From Escherichia phage E26, in the sequence record MN655998.1: a stretch of 64,000 nt of DNA; one strand, given 5' to 3'. Below are positions 9,656 to 16,514 of this stretch, piece by piece. Each line of letters begins with the position of its first letter. The first letter of the stretch is position 1. Both the position numbers and the translations under genes were made by a program. Below the pieces are notes generated by a model that was not told the origin of the DNA, made no database searches, and saw only the letters and a list, made by a program, of their open reading frames with translations.

Positions 9656-10159
9656 TTAAATTAAAGAAAATTTGTAAATCTCTATCAGATCGCCGTTACA
9701 CGCGTAAACTTCCTCGATCTCGTCAAGGATCATGGTCGTCCCTGTCTTGTATATGCACTCGCGCTCATCTGCCAACATAGCATACAAAGACAGTCGAGTA
9801 GTCGGATTGTCATACTCTTTAGACACCACTCGGTCAATAGCATGTTCGTAATAATTCATGCAAGGCTTGGTAGGTTTTATTGCAATAATCTTTCCTGTTG
9901 CATAAACATCGGTTGCAAAGTCCTCTGCTGTTGATTGCAGTGGCGTAAAGCTCATAGGACGCTCTACAACGAAAGAATCACCTACAATTAAGGTATCCAG
10001 CTTACGGCCTTCTCTTTTGCTCACACCGCGATACAAGGCTTCGTGATGCACTAACCGCTCGGTCTTTTCGATCAATCCATTAAGGATCGACATATCGATA
10101 TTTTCTTTAGAGTTCATCACTTCATCAATGATGTTAAGTTCTTCTGGTGTAAATTGCAT
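9656..10159 (-). CDS. putative ADP-ribosyltransferase (ModA/ModB-like)
   Basis: Ordered R (LYRGV), S-T (LQSTAEDF), E-x-E (ADEREC) triad; T4 mod position. Confidence 0.5.
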   Translation of the reverse strand: MQFTPEELNIIDEVMNSKENIDMSILNGLIEKTERLVHHEALYRGVSKREGRKLDTLIVGDSFVVERPMSFTPLQSTAEDFATDVYATGKIIAIKPTKPCMNYYEHAIDRVVSKEYDNPTTRLSLYAMLADERECIYKTGTTMILDEIEEVYACNGDLIEIYKFSLI

Positions 10160-10162
10160 AAT

Positions 10163-10192
10163 AAAAAAGCCTCCAATCTTTCGACGGGAGGC
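10163..10192 (-). promoter_or_regulatory. hairpin sequestering the GGAGG Shine-Dalgarno of the ADP-ribosyltransferase gene
   Basis: GCCTCC-N12-GGAGGC stem plus U-run; ATG at 10159. Confidence 0.4.
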
Positions 10193-10221
10193 ATAATAAA
10201 ACCATTATAGAGTAGTGTCAA
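10193..10221 (-). promoter_or_regulatory. early promoter (TTGACA-N17-TATTAT) initiating inside RBS-sequestering hairpin
   Basis: rc tgtcaa 10216-10221; -10 at 10193-10198. Confidence 0.4.
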
Positions 10222-10228
10222 CTAATTT

Positions 10229-10753
10229 TTAGTAGCCGCGTTCTTGACGGGCGAAGTTTTCAGCATTTTTCAGATAGTACAGAATAAAGAGTTCTTGAGC
10301 GTCAATACCCAGCGGGATCATCTTTGACAGAATGAAGTGGATCGCGTCCACAAATTCAAATTTCACTTCAAGCTGATCTTCAGGTGACAGTTCAGAGAAT
10401 TTACGCGATCGCGCTTCTCCGTGGTTCTTTTTCCACATTTTCCAGATTGCACTTGCATCTTTACCATTGGACATTCCACCCAGCGATGTGTAAAGCTCTC
10501 GTGTTTCGTCTGCGATAGCGTCATCCATCCGCTGCATCCAATCCAGCATTTCACCGCAAGTCTCTAGCTTAGTTGGATTTGGGACCCAATCAAATTTTTC
10601 GGATAATGCAACCTGCAAACCAGTTTGCATTTCGAGCATCACCTGAAACGGATCTTTACCTTCTGCAATCGCGTGATGATATGCGGCGATTGCCGCGTTA
10701 ATATCTTTTTCGTTAACCAGACCAGCACAAGAATTAAATTCTGACATATTCAC
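10229..10753 (-). CDS. 56: dCTP pyrophosphatase (MazG-like dCTPase gp56)
   Basis: DPFQVMLEMQ...KLET...SPEDQLEVKFEFVD...YYLKNAENFARQERGY matches T4 gp56. Confidence 0.85.
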   Translation of the reverse strand: MNMSEFNSCAGLVNEKDINAAIAAYHHAIAEGKDPFQVMLEMQTGLQVALSEKFDWVPNPTKLETCGEMLDWMQRMDDAIADETRELYTSLGGMSNGKDASAIWKMWKKNHGEARSRKFSELSPEDQLEVKFEFVDAIHFILSKMIPLGIDAQELFILYYLKNAENFARQERGY

Positions 10754-10761
10754 CTCATTAA

Positions 10762-11790
10762 TTAAAATTTACAATATTTCATAAACCGCATTTTAGCCAT
10801 CAGACCTTGTACGGTGTTCTCTTTGATGTATTCCATGATCTGGTCGCGTGTAGCGCCCTCGTCCTGAATCATGGCGTTAACGTCTTTAGAATGCCACGGG
10901 CAGCGATCCCACAAAACAATCTTTTCCCCTGCATTGATAAACTTTTCCAGTCGGTGCATTGTATCGGCAGACCGTGGTTCCGCATCAAGTACAAACACTC
11001 GCTGGTCTGGGAAAGGGATTTCATCTAATCCCAAAGTACCGCCAGTAATTGCACACCCGTTATCAATAAACAATGAATCGATCGGACCTTCTAAGAAATA
11101 CACCGGTTTACTCGGATCGGCGCGTTCAAGACCATAGACCTTACTCGCTAACTCATGAGTTTTAATCGTCATATATTTGGTCTTTCCGTAATCCTTTCTC
11201 AATGCTCGCCCCTGAATGGATTCTATCTTGTTCTCGCGGTTAAAGATAGGAATCACTAAACGCGGTTCCGGTTGCGGATTCTTGAAGGTATCCGCTTTAA
11301 TGTGATTTGCTACCTTTTGCCATTCTCTCGTGAAATACAGAAGATCCCATTTATCATGAGGGATGCAACGATCACTGACATACTTTATTATAGGATGATT
11401 AGCCGGAAGAGTATCTAATCTATCGCAGAAAGGCAATGTTTGCACTTTCTTAATCCCCGGCTTTTCTACCTTTTTCAGTGGCTTGAACGTAGTGTTCTTG
11501 TGATCGCCTTGTTCCTTCCGTCGTTCCATAAGCCATTCCCTGAATAGGTCCGGCTTATACTGTTTGAGAAATTCACCTAACGGCTGATTGTAGTTACAGT
11601 TGAAACATCCTGCTCGCAAACTATCCTTATAGGTATAGATACGGAATCGCGCTTGAGTATGATTTTTCTTTGAGTCACCGCAGATCGGACAACTACAGAC
11701 CAGCGTAAATGAGCTAGTATGCAACCGTTTAAAATTTCGTTCGCCGTATATGGCTTTTTCCGCTATTTCATAATCTGCGTAGTAAATCAT
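10762..11790 (-). CDS. 61: DNA primase gp61
   Basis: 342 aa; N-terminal zinc ribbon CSCPICGDS...CFNC; Toprim region; T4 gp61 length. Confidence 0.9.
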   Translation of the reverse strand: MIYYADYEIAEKAIYGERNFKRLHTSSFTLVCSCPICGDSKKNHTQARFRIYTYKDSLRAGCFNCNYNQPLGEFLKQYKPDLFREWLMERRKEQGDHKNTTFKPLKKVEKPGIKKVQTLPFCDRLDTLPANHPIIKYVSDRCIPHDKWDLLYFTREWQKVANHIKADTFKNPQPEPRLVIPIFNRENKIESIQGRALRKDYGKTKYMTIKTHELASKVYGLERADPSKPVYFLEGPIDSLFIDNGCAITGGTLGLDEIPFPDQRVFVLDAEPRSADTMHRLEKFINAGEKIVLWDRCPWHSKDVNAMIQDEGATRDQIMEYIKENTVQGLMAKMRFMKYCKF

Positions 11791-11799
11791 AATAACCTC

Positions 11800-12003
11800 T
11801 TATAGCTCAAATTTCATGAAAGTTCCTACACTTTCATTTTCATTCTCTCCGTTTTCATCTAAGCCAAATTTGTAGACACTACCATCTGGCGATGTGTAAG
11901 AGAATACACGAAAACGGCCTACCGAATCAAGTTCTGTAAATTCATATTCTTTTCCGGCTTCAAAAAGTGCATATGTGCTTTTAAGACATTTCATCGTAAT
12001 CAT
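11800..12003 (-). CDS. hypothetical protein
   Basis: ORF tiling; start overlaps upstream stop (ATGA). Confidence 0.45.
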   Translation of the reverse strand: MITMKCLKSTYALFEAGKEYEFTELDSVGRFRVFSYTSPDGSVYKFGLDENGENENESVGTFMKFEL

Positions 12004-12143
12004 TTAAGCGCCACCGACAACAGAATGAGAACTACACCAACATACATTGTGATCTCGGATAACTTTTCTGTTTTTGTTTTGTGTCCAGATAATCCGAAAA
12101 CAACAACACCGATAATAGCGGACAGCAAGCCAACGATAAACAT
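12000..12143 (-). CDS. small two-helix membrane protein (47 aa, below track cutoff)
   Basis: Hand-translated MFIVGLLSAIIGVVVFGLSGHKTKTEKLSEITMYVGVVLILLSVALK; TGA overlaps next ATG. Confidence 0.4.
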   Translation of the reverse strand: MFIVGLLSAIIGVVVFGLSGHKTKTEKLSEITMYVGVVLILLSVALK

Positions 12144-12310
12144 GATGATACTAAGCACCGTCTTTCTTTACCCGCTACACTAGGTCCACGATTGGTGATA
12201 GATCCGCTCGTTTCACCTGCTGCGATCTTCTCAGGATTGCCGCCAGCATCGCCAGCGGTCATATCTTCTTTGAGTTTATTTTCTTCAACAAACTGTTTAA
12301 AGCCAATCAT
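12032..12310 (-). CDS. uncertain ORF; N-terminal 44 codons protein-like, remainder overlaps the 12000..12143 frame
   Basis: C-terminal half Cys/Leu/Ser-rich as for out-of-frame translation. Confidence 0.25.
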   Translation of the reverse strand: MIGFKQFVEENKLKEDMTAGDAGGNPEKIAAGETSGSITNRGPSVAGKERRCLVSSCLSLACCPLLSVLLFSDYLDTKQKQKSYPRSQCMLV

Positions 12311-12684
12311 AGAATAATCTCTTTCAGTAAGTCAACAATCTGGTCTTTCGTCAGTTTATCCTGATTCTCTACAATCTTGATAACACAAGCGTTAACATCT
12401 TTTCGAGTCACGCGGGAGATCGTTTTAATGCGGTTAAATGGTTCGTAGAAATATACTGCTTCATTATAGAGAGCGGATACTTTACGACGCATTTGATCTT
12501 TATCTGACAAGAAAACAAGTGCTGTTTTATGACCTTCTACACCCGCCACGTTATATAGTTCAGCAACACCCCAGCGACCTTCCGGTTCAATCATTCCGGC
12601 GTGTTTACCGTCGATAAAAATAAGAATATCTCCGTTGAATGCGGTTTTGAATGCTACATCTTCCGGCTTAATCATATTTTTCAT
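12307..12684 (-). CDS. hypothetical protein
   Basis: ORF tiling. Confidence 0.5.
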   Translation of the reverse strand: MKNMIKPEDVAFKTAFNGDILIFIDGKHAGMIEPEGRWGVAELYNVAGVEGHKTALVFLSDKDQMRRKVSALYNEAVYFYEPFNRIKTISRVTRKDVNACVIKIVENQDKLTKDQIVDLLKEIIL

Positions 12685-12714
12685 AATATAGTCTCCTTAG
12701 AGTTTCATTATAGA

Positions 12715-13350
12715 TCAATCGAATGTAGAAAGCAACTGTTTTGTTTCTTTCAGTTGTCGTTCAAGATTTTTGCGTTTCTCTTTAAGTTGCATTTTAGCAT
12801 TATTTCGCTCTCTTGTAACCTCTTTATCAATGCTCTTATTCCAGTTATCAATATCAGAATAAGTTGGCATACCCAATTCTAAACCTAATGCGGTTGGATG
12901 CAGGGTAACAGTCCATAAACCGCTAATCTTCTTAAATAGGTCTGGGTGTAGTGTACTATCTACATCTTCCGGTGTCAACTCTTTTTCTTCTTTCAGTGGT
13001 GGGTTCTCGTCATATGGTTCCAGTGCATTTACTTTAATATCAGATACCTCATCAAAGAATCCGCGTACATCCGCAGGAAATACACAAGCAATTTCCCAAC
13101 CGTGTTCACGCAGAGAAGTAATATTTTTCACTTCCCCACCATGTGCGATAATTGACGTAACATTACCATCAAGATCCACAGAATTTACAAGAAACGGCTT
13201 ATCGTCTGTCAGATCATTATAAAATTGTGCTTCGGCGGTAGTCATCTCCAGAAAAAGGTCACGAATAGGTCGACCATCTGGTGCATTGCCTTCCTTGAGA
13301 GTGTAGATTCGACTTACGATCCATTTTGGCGGTAAAGTATTAGCGATCAT
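12715..13350 (-). CDS. hypothetical protein
   Basis: ORF tiling; AGGAG RBS. Confidence 0.5.
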   Translation of the reverse strand: MIANTLPPKWIVSRIYTLKEGNAPDGRPIRDLFLEMTTAEAQFYNDLTDDKPFLVNSVDLDGNVTSIIAHGGEVKNITSLREHGWEIACVFPADVRGFFDEVSDIKVNALEPYDENPPLKEEKELTPEDVDSTLHPDLFKKISGLWTVTLHPTALGLELGMPTYSDIDNWNKSIDKEVTRERNNAKMQLKEKRKNLERQLKETKQLLSTFD

Positions 13351-13378
13351 GTTATATCTCCTATCAAATCATTCACCA

Positions 13379-13394
13379 GCGCCCCGCAGGGCGC
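13379..13394 (-). promoter_or_regulatory. intercistronic GC-rich stem-loop after gene 41
   Basis: GCGCCC-cgca-GGGCGC; no U-tract on minus strand. Confidence 0.3.
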
Positions 13395-13400
13395 ATTTTA

Positions 13401-14813
13401 TTAGAAAGTCATATTATTTGCTAGCTCGTCGAGTTTTTCGCGTTTCTCGGCTTGCTGTGCGCTTTGTGGTTTAACTTGTGCATTCTCCTGATCTGCGATC
13501 TGGTTTGGAACTTCATACCAACGCTGATTTCCTTTTTTCACACCAACGTTAAACCGTGAATAATAGTTCTTATCACCGTAACGAGACTTGATCTGCTTCA
13601 TGAGTTGGACGCCCATTTTAGCCAGGTCTTCGGTTTCGATAACACCCAACATAAAGTCGGCTGTAGCCGGAAGACCTGCTGATTCAGCGGTATCACTCAT
13701 GTTAAGGTCGGAAGCATCCCAACCCGCGCGGGTAGTCTGTGCCGCAGTCCAACCAACAACATCCCACTTAACAAAAAATCCGCGAAGTTCTTCCGCAATC
13801 GCTTTAACGAGAGTGTAGCTATTCTCAGAGTATACACGCAAGCGAGACGATGCGCAAATCCCCAGATAATCAACAATCACAACATCAGGTTTAAACTGTT
13901 TCTTGAGTCGCAATTCATTCATTAACGCCTCAAAGTGATTGGAGTTTGCGCCACCAGTCGGATATTGCTTGATCATCAATTTTCCAACCGGACGATCTCC
14001 GATCTTCTTATTCTTAACACGCTTCATACGTGCGGAATATTCCGCAAAAGAAACATTACCATTATCCAATTCATCTAAGGTAATGTCAAGTAAGTTTGCA
14101 TCAATACGTTTGGCTACGACATGCTCTGCCATCTCCATTGAGATATACAATACATCATAACCACATTCCATATAATCCGCAGCAAGAGAACACAATCCAA
14201 GCGATTTGCCAACGTTTACACCAGCAAGCAACACATTTAGAGTTTTTCTTTCCGCCCCTCCTTTCGTGATTTTATTCAACATAGGCAGTTTAAACGGGAT
14301 CTTATTCGCTTTAGTCTGATATAGCAAGAATCGTTTTTCAAAGTCATTAAACCAGTCATGACCTACATCAGAATCAAACGTAATGGATAGTGCTTCCTGC
14401 ATGATCTCAGGAATAGCTCCCTCACTCGGCAATTTCTTATTCTGTTTCTCTTTTGGTAGTTGTGCGTTCGCCTGAATCTCTAGCGCCCGTGACATTGCAT
14501 TATACATGGCACGGTCACGAATAAATTTTTCGGTTTCCTTCATTAACCAATCAAGGTCTTCCGGTGTATTCTCCAGCGAATCGAGAAGAGTTTTAGCCCC
14601 TTCATATGTTGTCTGATTGCCTCTCTCCTTGTCCAAAGCAATCTGTAATGCAGTTGGCGTAGGAATATTGGAATATTCGTCTACGTGCTTTTTAATCAGC
14701 TTATAAATCAGTTTTTCTTCGTCTTCGGTGAAGTAGTCCGCTTTAAGGTGAGGCCATACATTCGTAAAGAATGCGCCATTGTAAATCAACTGTGAAAAGA
14801 TAGTTTTAATCAT
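13401..14813 (-). CDS. 41: replicative DNA helicase gp41 (DnaB-like)
   Basis: Walker A GVNVGKS; DnaB-family C-terminal domain; 470 aa; synteny 61-41-uvsX. Confidence 0.9.
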   Translation of the reverse strand: MIKTIFSQLIYNGAFFTNVWPHLKADYFTEDEEKLIYKLIKKHVDEYSNIPTPTALQIALDKERGNQTTYEGAKTLLDSLENTPEDLDWLMKETEKFIRDRAMYNAMSRALEIQANAQLPKEKQNKKLPSEGAIPEIMQEALSITFDSDVGHDWFNDFEKRFLLYQTKANKIPFKLPMLNKITKGGAERKTLNVLLAGVNVGKSLGLCSLAADYMECGYDVLYISMEMAEHVVAKRIDANLLDITLDELDNGNVSFAEYSARMKRVKNKKIGDRPVGKLMIKQYPTGGANSNHFEALMNELRLKKQFKPDVVIVDYLGICASSRLRVYSENSYTLVKAIAEELRGFFVKWDVVGWTAAQTTRAGWDASDLNMSDTAESAGLPATADFMLGVIETEDLAKMGVQLMKQIKSRYGDKNYYSRFNVGVKKGNQRWYEVPNQIADQENAQVKPQSAQQAEKREKLDELANNMTF

Positions 14814-15127
14814 ACATAGCCCCCAACTACACGCATAACAAAGGTCTTGAGTTTATACCAGAAAGTTTCTTTTTTCAACTTTTCTTCTGCTTCTTTGATC
14901 TGCGCGGTTAACGCCTTAATGACGTGTGGATATACCACATCACGATCTGACGGCGTGGAGTAGTCGACCACAATACCTTTAGTGTCTGGATCGTATTCAA
15001 CATTATGAATATAGACAATATGATGTTCTCCCTCTTCATCAACAATTATCATTTCCTGAATAACTGTCTTCATTGCTTCTTGAATCAAGCCGTGTGCTTC
15101 TTCTAAACTTGTTGGCTTATTATCCAT
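14810..15127 (-). CDS. hypothetical protein (T4 gene 40 position)
   Basis: ORF tiling; synteny only. Confidence 0.45.
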   Translation of the reverse strand: MDNKPTSLEEAHGLIQEAMKTVIQEMIIVDEEGEHHIVYIHNVEYDPDTKGIVVDYSTPSDRDVVYPHVIKALTAQIKEAEEKLKKETFWYKLKTFVMRVVGGYV

Positions 15128-15150
15128 AATATAATCCTCTCTAGATATGA

Positions 15151-15169
15151 AAAAGGGGCACGTAGCCCC
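15151..15169 (-). terminator. rho-independent terminator after uvsX
   Basis: GGGGC-tacgt-GCCCC followed by UUUU on minus strand. Confidence 0.45.
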
Positions 15170-15182
15170 TTTACTACCATTG

Positions 15183-16253
15183 TTATGCTAACATATCTTC
15201 GATTTCTTTGTCAACTGCTTCGTCGCTGATCACTTGCCCCAGCTTATAATGATCGTTGATTGCTTCGTTAAACTTATCGTTTGTCAGAAGTGGTTTCCAG
15301 AACTCAATGCTATTGGTTTCTTTAGCACGGAACTTGCGTTCTTCGGTTTCCATCTCTCCGGTCTCAGTATTCAGGATTGAACGAGAATACCAGCCGTTTG
15401 ACGGTTTCACTACCCAGCCTAACTCTACAGCCAACTCCAACAAACCGGAATAAGGATCGATGCCACCGCTAAATGTTACGCTAATCGGGAACTTAGATTT
15501 TTCTTTAACGGTTCGTGATTTTTCCGCATTCAGGATAAAATCATAACCAGTAATTTCGGTTCCTTCTTTCTGCTGACGACGACCAATAATGAAAACTTCA
15601 TTGGCTGAATACATCGCTCCAGTACCGCCGGACATAACGGTCTTACTAAACATTTCTTGCGTTTCGTAAGTGTGGTTAATAGCGATGCACGGGATATCAT
15701 TCATAGTCAGATACGGCGTAACCATACGGAACAAGCCTTTAAGTGCTTTCGCTCGCGTCATATCCTGTGCGGATTTCTCATTAATCGCGTCTTCAACTTC
15801 TTTTTTACTTGCTAAGTTACCGATTGAGTCAATAAAGATGATCACTTTATCTTCACGGGTAATTTGCTCAAGCTGGTTCATGATTTCAAATTTAAGTTCT
15901 TCGATGTTCTTGATTGGAACATGCACTACGCGATCAGGATCTACGCCCATAGATTCCAGATAAGCGGGCGTAATACCGAACTCAGAATCAAAGAACAAAC
16001 AAGCCGCATCGGGATTCTGTTTCATGTATGCACTAACACAAGTTAATCCCATGTTTGATTTAAAGTGCTTAGACGGACCAGCAAAGAAAATCAGACCAGA
16101 TTGAAAGCCTTTTTTAAGATCACCGGAAAACGCAATATTCAGCATCGGGATCTTAGTGCGAGTATTTGTTTTTTCGTTAAAGAAGCTGGATTTAGACAGT
16201 ACCGCAGTAGTTTTCAGGGTAGAGTTCTTTTTCAGTTTTTCCAGTACAGACAT
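15183..16253 (-). CDS. uvsX: UvsX RecA-like recombinase
   Basis: RecA-fold motifs (FFAGPSKHFKS Walker A-like, FFDSEFG); 356 aa. Confidence 0.9.
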   Translation of the reverse strand: MSVLEKLKKNSTLKTTAVLSKSSFFNEKTNTRTKIPMLNIAFSGDLKKGFQSGLIFFAGPSKHFKSNMGLTCVSAYMKQNPDAACLFFDSEFGITPAYLESMGVDPDRVVHVPIKNIEELKFEIMNQLEQITREDKVIIFIDSIGNLASKKEVEDAINEKSAQDMTRAKALKGLFRMVTPYLTMNDIPCIAINHTYETQEMFSKTVMSGGTGAMYSANEVFIIGRRQQKEGTEITGYDFILNAEKSRTVKEKSKFPISVTFSGGIDPYSGLLELAVELGWVVKPSNGWYSRSILNTETGEMETEERKFRAKETNSIEFWKPLLTNDKFNEAINDHYKLGQVISDEAVDKEIEDMLA

Positions 16254-16264
16254 TATTAATACCT

Positions 16265-16492
16265 CTATTCAGTTAATCCGTAATACTTTAATTGCTTCAT
16301 TGTTATTCGATCTTTGTAGTGCTCTTGAATTAACTTTTTCATCGCATCAACATCGATCGTCACAAATACTTCGTTGCTGTGATTTCCGTGAACTTTCTTG
16401 AAATGCTCTATGCCTTCCTCACGTTCACGTTTAATCTTTTCAATGTCTCTCATAGTATATTTCTCACGTTGGCGGGTATCGTCACCCAACAC
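16265..16492 (-). CDS. hypothetical protein
   Basis: Only ORF between uvsX and 43. Confidence 0.45.
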   Translation of the reverse strand: MLGDDTRQREKYTMRDIEKIKREREEGIEHFKKVHGNHSNEVFVTIDVDAMKKLIQEHYKDRITMKQLKYYGLTE

Positions 16493-16514
16493 CCGCCATT
16501 ATACACACATTATC

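Noticed and set aside
10204-10221. TTGACA and TATAAT hexamers only 6 bp apart upstream of gene 56
   Set aside because: Spacing is incompatible with a sigma-70 promoter; the TATTAT box at 10193-10198 with a 17-bp spacer is the plausible -10.
13379-13394. Stem-loop after gene 41 as a rho-independent terminator
   Set aside because: On the minus strand it is not followed by a U-tract (the T-run is on the plus side), so it was listed only as a regulatory stem-loop.
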